Below, one piece after another: positions 1 to 9,597 of a stretch of DNA of 64,000 nucleotides. The notes under the pieces are model-generated. The model worked only from the letters and a program-made list of their open reading frames with translations, was not told the origin of the DNA and made no database searches. The DNA comes from a virus, in the IMG/VR virus record IMGVR_UViG_3300046007_009781, positions 3,400 to 67,399 of that record. One strand, 5' to 3'. The position numbers were made by a program, and so were the translations under genes. How positions within the stretch are numbered: position 1 is the first letter of the stretch; each line of letters opens with the position of its first letter.

Positions 1-1
1 T

Positions 2-295
2 AATTTAAGTTCGAAATCTGCATGGAGAAATATTCTAAAAGACGTTGATAAAAAAGAAGTGCCAGTACATGTTTTGGAAAGATTAGTTTTACATTTATTA
101 GACGGCACCGACGTTGAAATTAACATTAAAGAAATCCTGTCCAAAGGAATAGATCCAGAATTGGTGGAAACAGAAATTAATAAACGACTTGAAGATTTAG
201 ATCAATACATAGAAAACGTAGATTTTTTTGTCGACATTGAATCTGTTGAAAAAACAATACAACCAGAAACAGATAAAATTTTAGCTAAACTATGA
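2..295 (+). CDS. Hypothetical acidic phage protein, 5'-truncated by the window edge
   Basis: The frame of ORF 59..295 stays open back to base 2 (NLSSKSAWRNILKDVDKKEVPVH...). Its stop overlaps the DHFR start (ATGA). Confidence 0.7.
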   Translation, partial: NLSSKSAWRNILKDVDKKEVPVHVLERLVLHLLDGTDVEINIKEILSKGIDPELVETEINKRLEDLDQYIENVDFFVDIESVEKTIQPETDKILAKL

Positions 296-801
296 TCAAG
301 GCAATCTTTGCTGTAGATTATTGGGGAGGAATGGGGTTGGATGGTAGTTTACCATGGCCCCATCACCGTGAAGATCTACAATACTTTAAAGAACAAACAG
401 ATAACAATATAGTAGTTATGGGCCGGCGTACATGGGACGATCCCAAGATGCCTAAACCATTACCCAATAGAACTACTTATGTTGTAACTAATCGTCCAAT
501 AAGAGGATACAATGTAACTTCTATTTCGGGAGATATTTCAAATCATCTTATTAACATTCAAAAAATATATCCTAAAAAGACAGTTTGGGTCATTGGTGGG
601 CCCGAAATTCTTATGTCCGTAAAGGATAGAATAGACGAAGCGCACATTACTCATTTCAAAGGTCAATACAGAACTGATGTTCAAATTGATTTAAAGAAAT
701 TTCTTCAACTGTTTCGTGCTACAAGTGCCAAGCCCAGTACGGATAGATTGTGTAACTGGACCACATATAAAAACATTGACATTTTTAGAGCGTCAAATTA
801 A
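292..801 (+). CDS. folA: Dihydrofolate reductase
   Basis: Motifs GxxGSLPW, EDLQYFKEQT, VVMGRRTW, PLPNR, VIGG; adjacent to thymidylate synthase as in T4 frd-td. Confidence 0.95.
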   Translation: MIKAIFAVDYWGGMGLDGSLPWPHHREDLQYFKEQTDNNIVVMGRRTWDDPKMPKPLPNRTTYVVTNRPIRGYNVTSISGDISNHLINIQKIYPKKTVWVIGGPEILMSVKDRIDEAHITHFKGQYRTDVQIDLKKFLQLFRATSAKPSTDRLCNWTTYKNIDIFRASN

Positions 802-809
802 AATAGCAT

Positions 810-1661
810 ATGGAACAAGAATATCTCAACGCATTAAAATTTGTGCTGGAAAAAGGCACCATTAAACAAGATCGCACTGGTGTAGGCACTATCAGTTACT
901 TTGGTCTACAACAACGATATGATCTTTCTAAAGGTTTTCCTGCCATTACAACTAAGAAGTTAGCTTGGCGTAGTGTGGTATCCGAATTATTATGGTTCAT
1001 TGAGGGATCAAGAGACGAACGACGACTCAGAGAGATTCTACACGGCAATAAAGATTCGGAAAAGACTACTATCTGGACTGCAAATGCAGAAGCAGATTAC
1101 TGGAAAAGTAAGGCTAAATTTAAAGGAGACTTGGGAAGGATTTACGGAGTACAATGGCGTAAATGGGAGTCTCCCAGATGGGGCAGTAATGTCGATCAAT
1201 TGTCGACTCTAATTGAAAATATCAAACGTGATCCGCACGGACGAAGACATATATTAACAGCATGGAATCCAGGTGAATTAAAAGACATGGCCCTGCCACC
1301 GTGCCACGTACTAAGCCAATTTAATGTAACCGATGGCAAGTTGAGTTGCCAAATGTATCAGCGTTCATGTGATATGTTTTTAGGTGTACCTTTCAACATT
1401 GCATCCTACTCCCTTCTTACCCACATGATTGCGCAAGTGTGCGAATTAGATGTAGGTGAGTTTGTTCATGTGCTCGGGGACGCTCATATATACAGCAACC
1501 ATGTAGAGCAGGTAAAAGAACAATTGGAGCGTGAACCATTACCTGCTCCAACTTTGCGACTTAATCATAACATTAAAGATATCGACAAATTTACAATATC
1601 CGACATTGAATTAGTCGGGTATAAAAGCCATGCAGCTATTAAGGCTGAAATGGCTGTATGA
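810..1661 (+). CDS. thyA: Thymidylate synthase (ThyA type)
   Basis: DRTGVGT, ELLWF, YGVQWR, MALPPCH (catalytic Cys), YQRSCDMFLGVPFNIASY, GDAHIY. Confidence 0.98.
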   Translation: MEQEYLNALKFVLEKGTIKQDRTGVGTISYFGLQQRYDLSKGFPAITTKKLAWRSVVSELLWFIEGSRDERRLREILHGNKDSEKTTIWTANAEADYWKSKAKFKGDLGRIYGVQWRKWESPRWGSNVDQLSTLIENIKRDPHGRRHILTAWNPGELKDMALPPCHVLSQFNVTDGKLSCQMYQRSCDMFLGVPFNIASYSLLTHMIAQVCELDVGEFVHVLGDAHIYSNHVEQVKEQLEREPLPAPTLRLNHNIKDIDKFTISDIELVGYKSHAAIKAEMAV

Positions 1662-1894
1662 AAATCTGTGTTCACAGTTTTAGACTAAGTGATGTAGAGG
1701 ATCCTGAACTGTATGCGGCAGAACCTATCTGGGATTGGCAACAAACAGAAAAGGGGCAATGGGTTATGGAAAACTGTACCGATAAACCAGTATTTTACAC
1801 TAATCTAAATCCTAAATTTATGGGTTACGAAGTTAAAATCGTAGCTGATTTTACTGAAAAAAATTTAACTTATTTTAAATTGAGGTGGGGATGA
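1658..1894 (+). CDS. Small hypothetical phage protein
   Basis: 78 aa, overlaps both neighbours (ATGA coupling). Confidence 0.75.
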   Translation: MKICVHSFRLSDVEDPELYAAEPIWDWQQTEKGQWVMENCTDKPVFYTNLNPKFMGYEVKIVADFTEKNLTYFKLRWG

Positions 1895-2862
1895 AATTTA
1901 TCGTAACCGGTGGTGCTGGATTTATCGGCCATAATGTTGTTAGTATTTTAGAATCTTGGGGTCATCAATGTTTGGTAATTGATAACTTCACTGATTATGG
2001 TTTTATCCCGCATGACGAGCTTTATTACTTGTTGACTGAGCGACATAAAAGAATTCGTTCAGAAATTGTATCCCTAGACCTAATGAACTTTGAGCAGATT
2101 AATTTACTAATTGAAAAGCACAGGGATGCAGATGCAATAATTCATTTAGCAAGTTTTCCTAGACAAAAGATTGTAAGTCAAAATCCTGTAGTTGCTGCTA
2201 ATGTCATGGGGGCAGGATTAGTGAATTTAATTCAGGCAGCAAAAAAACAAAATATTGCTAAATTTGTTTATATCAGTAGTAGCATGGTGTACGGCGACTT
2301 TAATAATGATGTAACCGAAGACAGTATTTGTCGCCCTATAGGTCAATATGGTATCATGAAATATATGGGTGAATGGTTAGTTCAAGATGCTACCAGGCAA
2401 GGCTATTTCGATCATGTAATAATTAGACCCAGTGCAGTATACGGCGAATATGATGTAGAAGATCGTGTTGTAAGTAAATTCATGTTAGGGGCCATGCGGG
2501 GGCAAACACTTAAAGTAAAAGGTGCATCAGAAGTGTTAGACTTCACTTATGTTGAAGATACTGCGACTGGGATCGCATTAGCTGCCACTAAAGACATAGC
2601 TAACAATAAAATCTATAATATAACAAGAGCAGACACTAAACTATATACACTGTTAGAAGCAGCAGAAATAGCCGTTAAAATTGCTGGACGCGGGAACATA
2701 GAAGTAACAGACAAGGACACAGAATTTCCTAGTAGAGGACGTTTAAGCATAGATAGAGCAATTAAAGACTTAGGCTATTCCCCTAAAACCAATGTGGAAC
2801 AAGGATTTCAAAAATATCATGACTGGTTTGCAAAAAGCAATTACTGGTCATCTTTATTATGA
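1885..2862 (+). CDS. NAD-dependent NDP-sugar epimerase/dehydratase (extended SDR); ATG at 1891 is the likely start
   Basis: TGGAGFIG, HLAS, YISSSMVYG, YGIMK (YxxxK), RPSAVYG, DFTYVED. Confidence 0.92.
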   Translation: MGMKFIVTGGAGFIGHNVVSILESWGHQCLVIDNFTDYGFIPHDELYYLLTERHKRIRSEIVSLDLMNFEQINLLIEKHRDADAIIHLASFPRQKIVSQNPVVAANVMGAGLVNLIQAAKKQNIAKFVYISSSMVYGDFNNDVTEDSICRPIGQYGIMKYMGEWLVQDATRQGYFDHVIIRPSAVYGEYDVEDRVVSKFMLGAMRGQTLKVKGASEVLDFTYVEDTATGIALAATKDIANNKIYNITRADTKLYTLLEAAEIAVKIAGRGNIEVTDKDTEFPSRGRLSIDRAIKDLGYSPKTNVEQGFQKYHDWFAKSNYWSSLL

Positions 2863-3950
2863 TAAAGTTTTTTGGTCTGGACAGACAGTATCAATCGCTG
2901 AAAGAAGAAATATTAGACACCACAGACCAAGTGCTTAAAACTGGTCTGGTGTTAGATGGTCCATATACTAAAAAATTTGAAACTGCAATTGCATTAAGAA
3001 CACATAGAACTTATGCAATTGCTGTAAATAGTTGCACTCAAGCGTTAATATTTGCACAACAATGCAAAAATAATCAACGAAAAACACTGATTCCTAGCAT
3101 AAGTTTCATTGCCACATTAAACAGTGTATTAATGACTGGCAATACCCCTGTATTTTGTGACACTGATGACCAAGGTCTAATAGATTTAGAATCTTTAGAT
3201 ATGAATCTTAATGACGCAGGCATAGACACAGTAATGTATGTGAATCTATTTGGCAACGTAGTAGACTACGACAGATTTATTACCCAAACACAATTCTTTA
3301 ACAAAGACATATTTGTGATAGAAGATGCTGCTCAAAGTTTTGGGGCAAGCTATAAAGGCATTCCTAGTGGCAAATTAGGGACAGTTAGTTGTTTAAGCTT
3401 TGATCCTACAAAAAATTTACCCAACTATGGCTCAGGTGGTATGTTGTTGACTGATGATTATCAAATATACGATAAGTTACGCAATCTTAGAGATAACGGT
3501 AAGCATAGCCAACACGAATTACTGGGCACTAACAGTAAAATGAGTGAAACTGATTGCGCTAGTATGTTGGTAAAATTAAAATATTTCGATGGTTGGCAAA
3601 GACGAAGGAAAGATATTACAGAATACTATACACGCGAACTTAACAATCTAGTAGAAACACCCACAGTAGAAGATAATGTTGACCATGCTTGGCACAAATA
3701 TGTAATTAAATTTTTTGCAAGAAATGCACTTAAAGAACATTTAGAAAAAAATAATATTGAAACTAAAATTCACTACACTCAACCGTTATTTGATTCTAAT
3801 TTGGGATTCTCTTATGTTAATTCAGTAAAGCAGTTGTATAGGGAAAGTAGTAAATTTTGTATGAAATGTCTGAGTTTGCCGATTTATCCAGAACTCACAG
3901 ACATTGAAGTTGAAAAAATAGTAGAAACAATTAAAAGGTTTAATACTTAA
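2859..3950 (+). CDS. DegT/DnrJ/EryC1/StrS PLP-dependent sugar aminotransferase
   Basis: AVNSCTQAL, IEDAAQSFG, SFDPTKNL (PLP lysine), GSGGM, LSLPIYP. Confidence 0.93.
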   Translation: MIKFFGLDRQYQSLKEEILDTTDQVLKTGLVLDGPYTKKFETAIALRTHRTYAIAVNSCTQALIFAQQCKNNQRKTLIPSISFIATLNSVLMTGNTPVFCDTDDQGLIDLESLDMNLNDAGIDTVMYVNLFGNVVDYDRFITQTQFFNKDIFVIEDAAQSFGASYKGIPSGKLGTVSCLSFDPTKNLPNYGSGGMLLTDDYQIYDKLRNLRDNGKHSQHELLGTNSKMSETDCASMLVKLKYFDGWQRRRKDITEYYTRELNNLVETPTVEDNVDHAWHKYVIKFFARNALKEHLEKNNIETKIHYTQPLFDSNLGFSYVNSVKQLYRESSKFCMKCLSLPIYPELTDIEVEKIVETIKRFNT

Positions 3951-4357
3951 AATTTCTTTTTTGTAAGCAAAGTATTTCTTTTTTCATTTACGTTAAACGT
4001 CGGGTCTACTTTTTGTTTTTTCATTCCTGGAGGTTGATCTGGATCTAATGGGTCAATATCTGTTGTAGTCAGACCTGTTTTTTCTAAATCTTTTATGTAT
4101 TTGTGTTCTTGTTCTTCACTACCAAAAGAAAAAATAGTGCTAGGAGGACCTTTTCCAAAATCGTGTTTGCCTAAACCTTTGAGATTACTTATATGTTGTC
4201 CTAACTTATACCAATCGTATACATCACTGACATCAACTCTTACTGTTCCTTTAGGCATAGTTGGTTTAAACTCTGGACCAGGCGGAGTTTCGTTTGGATG
4301 ATAATCTTCATCCTGAATTGTTTTTCTGTTTTCTTTTATAATTTCATTAATACGCAT
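3947..4357 (-). CDS. Hypothetical late protein, possibly virion-internal
   Basis: 136 aa, N-terminus MRINEIIKE, TAAATA box 4 nt upstream of the ATG. Confidence 0.75.
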   Translation of the reverse strand: MRINEIIKENRKTIQDEDYHPNETPPGPEFKPTMPKGTVRVDVSDVYDWYKLGQHISNLKGLGKHDFGKGPPSTIFSFGSEEQEHKYIKDLEKTGLTTTDIDPLDPDQPPGMKKQKVDPTFNVNEKRNTLLTKKKF

Positions 4358-5995
4358 TCAGTATTTAGTTTTAAAGTAAATTTTAAGCCAGTCCCACTCG
4401 AAACTAAGTTTCAATTGATCATAATTGCCATGAACAGAATCATAGTACTCTATTGCATCTCTAGCACCTGCTAAACACCATTCTGCATAATTACCTTGTG
4501 CAATCGAACACCATTTTTTTAATCTTGACTCTGTTTCTATTGTTGGGGACCCTTGTTGAAAATGTTTTAATTTAAGTACCTCTCGAAAAGCGGTACGCCA
4601 TGTTGTCCAAGGATCTTGATTAAAATGTGCAGTGCCAGATATAATGGGTACTATTTCGTGTGCTTTACTCAGCGTGAAGTCTAACCCCGATTCTATAGTT
4701 TCTAATACTAGCCGTTTATTATAGGCTATCATAGCTTGATGGCCATATACTAAACCGTTAACTGGATTACGGGCATGAAAGATATAATGTTTAGGTTCTT
4801 GCCAGTAGTCAGGTTGCCAATCCCAATCAAAATTGGGGTCTACTTCTAGTTTAGCAAATACAGCAAAAAACCAATCTGTATGACTAGACTCAGCGGCAGT
4901 TTTATATGCCTGCATTCTACCATTAATATTCATTATACGTTGTACGTTTGTTCCTCGACAGTGATCTAAAAGATGATTATACCAACGATCGGCATCAGGT
5001 TCGCCATTGCTTATATACTTTACATCCAGCCCCGGAGATCTGGCAACTACCACATCGTAATTGTTAATGTAAGGATAATCATAAAGTTGGCTATCAAGAT
5101 AACGCTTGACATCTTTAGGCACTAAACAACTAGAATGGTCTGAAGTAAAAGGCACAATTTGTCTATCTTTTTCTCTCCACAAACATATTTCATCATTGAA
5201 TAAAGTTGTTGAGGTATTTTTATGATTAATAAACTTTACATAGGGCCATTTAAAATCATGTTTTTTTATGATTTCTACTAAATTATCTCCTGTGTAGTAG
5301 ATTGTGGGGCAATCGAAAGAAGGAACCCGTTGTTCATCATTATAGTGTATAACATTAAACCAATCTAATAGCTCAAGTTCATACATTTGTTTTCGAAACG
5401 ACTCAACATGAATATAGAATGTATTACCTCGACGGTTTCTTTCATGGGGGCTCCAGCTAAAGCAATGAATCATTTCAGACTGCCATTGACTAGGATGCCA
5501 TGTAAAATCAAAAAGTTCATAGTCACAGATACTGGCCGTAACCCAAATGTATTCGGTTGTGGCCATACTGATGATTCTTTTTAACACATCTAAGTGATTA
5601 TCTACATAACGTATTTTCTTAACATTGCCCCATTTTTCTTGAAGCATAGATAGTTGTGCAGCACTTTCTGGATTCATAAAATCCATATAGTATATAGGTA
5701 CAGAACTAGTTCTGGTTATCTGTTGATTGTGCCAGTGCCAAGCATGTTCCTTAGTTCCTGTTGGCACTAACAAAGTGCCCCCGTTCTGTTGCCATTGGCT
5801 GGGCCATACATGAGTATGATCTGCTTCCCAAGGTACAGGCTTATAACTAAAATCAAATTGACTGTAATCATTATGCCCGTTAATGAACCAAAAGTATTTT
5901 GTCCTACTTAGTTGATCCGCCTGTGATAGATTTTCAGCCGGGCTTTCAAAGGCAAACAGTTCGGGCTTAGGACCCGAATAAAAAACATCAAACAT
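4358..5995 (-). CDS. Multi-module glycosyltransferase(GT-A)-like protein
   Basis: The C-terminal part parallels 19672..20592 (ARNPVNGLVYG / ARNIINGLMYG; WRTAFREVLKL / WRAGFREGVKM). The N-terminal part has degenerate repeats (FDFSYKPVPW / FDFTWHPSQW). Confidence 0.6.
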   Translation of the reverse strand: MFDVFYSGPKPELFAFESPAENLSQADQLSRTKYFWFINGHNDYSQFDFSYKPVPWEADHTHVWPSQWQQNGGTLLVPTGTKEHAWHWHNQQITRTSSVPIYYMDFMNPESAAQLSMLQEKWGNVKKIRYVDNHLDVLKRIISMATTEYIWVTASICDYELFDFTWHPSQWQSEMIHCFSWSPHERNRRGNTFYIHVESFRKQMYELELLDWFNVIHYNDEQRVPSFDCPTIYYTGDNLVEIIKKHDFKWPYVKFINHKNTSTTLFNDEICLWREKDRQIVPFTSDHSSCLVPKDVKRYLDSQLYDYPYINNYDVVVARSPGLDVKYISNGEPDADRWYNHLLDHCRGTNVQRIMNINGRMQAYKTAAESSHTDWFFAVFAKLEVDPNFDWDWQPDYWQEPKHYIFHARNPVNGLVYGHQAMIAYNKRLVLETIESGLDFTLSKAHEIVPIISGTAHFNQDPWTTWRTAFREVLKLKHFQQGSPTIETESRLKKWCSIAQGNYAEWCLAGARDAIEYYDSVHGNYDQLKLSFEWDWLKIYFKTKY

Positions 5996-6425
5996 CGACT
6001 TGTTCTACATCAACATTACATTTTTTTAAAAATTCAATACCATCAACACTGCGGTATTGCTCTCCATAAAATACTCTAGAAATACCTGCTCCGTAAATGC
6101 TTTTAGCACACTCCAAACAAGGAGAATGAGTGATAAACATAGTTGCACCAAGACCACCTTCATTACCTCTTGCTAACTTGTCTAGGGCATTTCGCTCAGC
6201 ATGTAGAACTTCAGGTTTAGTTTCTAAAAATCTTATTTCACCGTTAGGCCATCGTATTTCATCTTCACAATTATTGTCCCATCCAGACGGCATCCCATTG
6301 TATCCGATGCTAATAATTCTGTCGTCTTTAACAACGATAGCACCAACATGTAAGCGTCGAGCAGTGCTACATTCAGCAAATGTCTTTGCTGTTTTCATGT
6401 ATGCATTAATTAATTTTGTTTTCAT
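5988..6425 (-). CDS. cd: dCMP deaminase
   Basis: VGAIVVKD, GYNGMPSG, HAERNAL, SPCLECAK zinc motifs. Confidence 0.95.
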   Translation of the reverse strand: MKTKLINAYMKTAKTFAECSTARRLHVGAIVVKDDRIISIGYNGMPSGWDNNCEDEIRWPNGEIRFLETKPEVLHAERNALDKLARGNEGGLGATMFITHSPCLECAKSIYGAGISRVFYGEQYRSVDGIEFLKKCNVDVEQVDV

Positions 6426-7113
6426 ATTTTTTTAACCAACTTGTTTCAGGCCAATTTGTTCCATTAGGGTTAAAGTTTTCGATTATGTCTTTATATAAAA
6501 TTAAATCTTTTTGAAAATACCTGTCAAATGCAAAATTTCTATATATATTATTTTTTAAATTTTGTTTCCATGTAAAGTCAAAATGTGTTTTAATTTTTTC
6601 ATAAATCAACTTTTCTTCATCATTACTGCTATTCTGATATGTTTGATCTAAACCGGATAAAAGTATTTGCCCTGAATGATTTAACAACATTGTAGTTAAC
6701 TTGACCACCAGATCATTACTATAATAATCTATGGGTATCCAATCAATTTTGTAACAGTATTCCCCCAATGCACTATAATAACTTTCACTGTGAGAATCTA
6801 CAAATGGAATATCTAACATAACTTCAAAGATTTCCGGATTGTCTAAAATTTTTGGATGATTATGGTAAATGTAATGCGCTAGGCCTCTGTGTCTACGGTC
6901 AATGGGATTTCGAATATGAGAAAATACTTTCCCATTCCAATTAATTTGATTTATGGGGATAGATTTCCAACCGTAGTTTTCTATTAAATTTAAATAAAAA
7001 AGACTGCTGGCGCACTTATAGGTTCGAATATATGTTATACTACCACAAGTAGCTGCTTGAAGGCCTTTATATTCAGATGTTATTGTTTGCAGAAAGTATG
7101 CAACATCGAACAT
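6406..7113 (-). CDS. Sulfotransferase-like protein
   Basis: YIRTYKCASS resembles the 5'-PSB loop (PKxAST) and HIRNPIDR the 3'-PB motif (RxPxxR); adjacent to the APS-kinase-like gene. Confidence 0.5.
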   Translation of the reverse strand: MFDVAYFLQTITSEYKGLQAATCGSITYIRTYKCASSLFYLNLIENYGWKSIPINQINWNGKVFSHIRNPIDRRHRGLAHYIYHNHPKILDNPEIFEVMLDIPFVDSHSESYYSALGEYCYKIDWIPIDYYSNDLVVKLTTMLLNHSGQILLSGLDQTYQNSSNDEEKLIYEKIKTHFDFTWKQNLKNNIYRNFAFDRYFQKDLILYKDIIENFNPNGTNWPETSWLKKYENKIN

Positions 7114-7114
7114 T

Positions 7115-7987
7115 TTACAGTAAACCTTGTTTTGTCATTTCTTCTCTAATTTTAGTACCACTTATACTTGTAATGCTTTCGTCAAATGTTTCTTGTTCTA
7201 TTTTGTATCCAACATCTCTGCCGTAGGTAATATTTACTATATTAGGAACAACTTGAATAGTATACTGTCCTTGATAGAAAGGATCAAGATCTCTTTTAAT
7301 CAAGTTAGTAACTTGTTCAATAGCAAACGGATTACTACCTTGCCAACCTTGACAATCACGTATCATAATACAAACTTGTCCAGTTTTTGCAATAGCACGT
7401 TCAAATAGAGCGCGATGTCCTGCATGCCAAGGTTGCCAACGTCCTAGCATTTGAACTGTTTCTTTTTTCCAATCAAAAATAGGTCTACGTTTATTTTGTA
7501 AAATATGTTGCCCTACAAACGGTACCCATTTTTCTGCGTTTTGTTCGTTAATTCTGAAATCATATATTTCAGGGGCCACAAAAGCTTTGTTTGTATCTTC
7601 GTATCTCCCTTGATCAATTGTATCTATCCAAATCGTCCAATCGGCTTTGAAATTATGTCTCATTTCTGGTAAGGGGGCCACAAAGTCACAAATTACAAAA
7701 TCGCCTGAACATTCCAATGCAAACTGAAACATTCGTAAACTTTGTCTAATTCTACCTTCCTTAGTGAAATCCCAATCATTAAATTTCTTACGTATTTCAT
7801 CTGCGTTAAACCAATTAACCTTTGCCTTCCATGCTTTAGGTAAATTTTCTAAATGTAGCATGTGTACTAAAGGCATATGAGAAATATCAGAATAGTTTTC
7901 TAAATAGTATTTTAATCTTTCAGCAAAATAAGTTTTTCCTGCACCAGGCAAACCCATTATCAAAATTCTTTTTGCATGTTGGTTCAT
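7115..7987 (-). CDS. Adenylylsulfate-kinase-like P-loop domain fused to an HxGH nucleotidyltransferase domain
   Basis: GLPGAGKT, NADEIR, DFTKEGRIRQ, FVAP (CysC-like); C-terminal GRWQPWHAGH and ISGTKIRE; AAGGAG RBS upstream. Confidence 0.8.
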   Translation of the reverse strand: MNQHAKRILIMGLPGAGKTYFAERLKYYLENYSDISHMPLVHMLHLENLPKAWKAKVNWFNADEIRKKFNDWDFTKEGRIRQSLRMFQFALECSGDFVICDFVAPLPEMRHNFKADWTIWIDTIDQGRYEDTNKAFVAPEIYDFRINEQNAEKWVPFVGQHILQNKRRPIFDWKKETVQMLGRWQPWHAGHRALFERAIAKTGQVCIMIRDCQGWQGSNPFAIEQVTNLIKRDLDPFYQGQYTIQVVPNIVNITYGRDVGYKIEQETFDESITSISGTKIREEMTKQGLL

Positions 7988-8017
7988 TTGTACTCCTTAA
8001 ATGGTTGAGTATATAGT

Positions 8018-9499
8018 TTAGGATAAAACTTTTAAACTATATAATTTTTCGAATCTATCTGCATCTAACCTATCATTGACCATAGGTTCACCCCGAATAT
8101 TAAGACTTGTATTTAATAACATAGGACACCCTGTCAAAACAAACCACTTTTCCAATAGTTCTCGTAAGCCGGACCCGTCTTTGGGTACTGTTTGCACTCT
8201 GCTAGTATCGTCGATATGTACTATCGCAGGATATAAATCCGGCATTTTACATTTTGCTACAAATTGCATATAAGGACTGTTGGATGTTGGCATATCAAAA
8301 TAATCTGAGGCTAACTCCTCTAATATAACAGGCGCAAAAGGTCTAAACTGCTGTCTTTGTTTAATATTGTTCACTTGCATTTTGATATCTGTACCTCTGG
8401 GATCTGCTAACAAACTGCGATTACCTAATGCTCTTGGGCCAAATTCAGCTCGACCATTTGCTACTCCTGCAATTTTATTTGTTAATAACTCATCCAATAA
8501 ATTGGAAACAGGATAAACTCCAGGTATGTTATGTCCCAAAAAAGCATTCTTCCAATTTAATTTTTTACCATATGCCAATGCAGCAGCACCTAAACTACTG
8601 CCTGCATCCCCGGGATTAGGCATTATCCAAACATCATTAAAATAATTAAACAGATTTGAATTAACAACACAGTTTAATGCAACTCCTCCCATGTATACTA
8701 AATTTTCAGACCAATTAAAATTTCTGGCCCTACGCATTACATTGCAAACCAAATTTTCTATTAGTTGTTGAGCAGCTCCTGCAATATCCCAAACATGCCA
8801 ATCGTTCAATTGCTCAGTCTGATGCCCTATGTGAAAATTTTGTTTGAAATCTAAATCCCATTCATTTTCTATGAATAAATTTTTAAAACTATTCAAACGA
8901 TCTGTATTGCGGTTACCATAAGCACTCATGCCCATTAAGATGTATTCTTCATCTAAAGGTTTTAGACCCACTTGTTGTGTCATTGCGCTGTAAAATAATC
9001 CTATACTCTGAGGATATCGTTTAGACCATAATTTTTTATATACAGCACGATCATTAACATATTCTGCTGCCCATATACTAACTGTGTCCCATTCACCAAT
9101 AGCATCGATTACTACTACAGTGGCATGATCAAAATTACTGGTTTGAAAACCTGCTGCGGCATGACTAAGATGATGCGAATAAGATTTTATACTTTTAGGA
9201 AGGACAATTTGATCTTTTAATTGTGCTTTTAGAATTTGTCGAACTGTTAATTTATCCCATTCGATTTTTTGTCCAGAATAAAAGTGTCTAGTTTGTTTTA
9301 ACACTGGATTTTCGTAATAGGCTATTGTATTAAATGGATAATAGGCTAAACAATCATTTATTATTCCATCACTTAGATTAGAGTCATGTTTAATTTTACT
9401 GTATCGTTCACTATGACCTGCAAAAAGAATTTCGCCGTGACAGTCAATGACCGACATGGCTGCGTCATGAAATCCGGCTGAAATTCCTAAAATATTCAT
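8018..9499 (-). CDS. Carbamoyltransferase, NodU/CmcH/TobZ family
   Basis: ILGISAGFHDAA, SERYS, HHLSHAA, VIDAIGE, GGVALNC, PGDAGSSLGAA, EFGPRALGNRS, RPFAP, SRVQTV, LLNTSLN. Confidence 0.95.
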   Translation of the reverse strand: MNILGISAGFHDAAMSVIDCHGEILFAGHSERYSKIKHDSNLSDGIINDCLAYYPFNTIAYYENPVLKQTRHFYSGQKIEWDKLTVRQILKAQLKDQIVLPKSIKSYSHHLSHAAAGFQTSNFDHATVVVIDAIGEWDTVSIWAAEYVNDRAVYKKLWSKRYPQSIGLFYSAMTQQVGLKPLDEEYILMGMSAYGNRNTDRLNSFKNLFIENEWDLDFKQNFHIGHQTEQLNDWHVWDIAGAAQQLIENLVCNVMRRARNFNWSENLVYMGGVALNCVVNSNLFNYFNDVWIMPNPGDAGSSLGAAALAYGKKLNWKNAFLGHNIPGVYPVSNLLDELLTNKIAGVANGRAEFGPRALGNRSLLADPRGTDIKMQVNNIKQRQQFRPFAPVILEELASDYFDMPTSNSPYMQFVAKCKMPDLYPAIVHIDDTSRVQTVPKDGSGLRELLEKWFVLTGCPMLLNTSLNIRGEPMVNDRLDADRFEKLYSLKVLS

Positions 9500-9597
9500 T
9501 TGTAAATAAAAGGATCACGCTTTCTCAGTTCCTTTAATTTTTTTCTGTAACTGATTTCTAGTTTAATTCTAAAATAAAGTTTTCTTAGCCAGCTCAT
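9496..9597 (-). CDS. 33-aa basic peptide MSWLRKLYFRIKLEISYRKKLKELRKRDPFIYK (not in the ORF track)
   Basis: ATG at 9597, TGA at 9496-9498 overlapping the carbamoyltransferase ATG. It fills the gap exactly and has a TAAATA box at 9620-9627. Confidence 0.75.
   Translation of the reverse strand: MSWLRKLYFRIKLEISYRKKLKELRKRDPFIYK

Noticed and set aside
810-1661. ThyA homolog as a dCMP/dUMP hydroxymethylase for DNA hypermodification
   Set aside because: It retains the canonical PFNIASY (dUMP-specifying Asn) and is paired with DHFR, so it looks like an ordinary thymidylate synthase.
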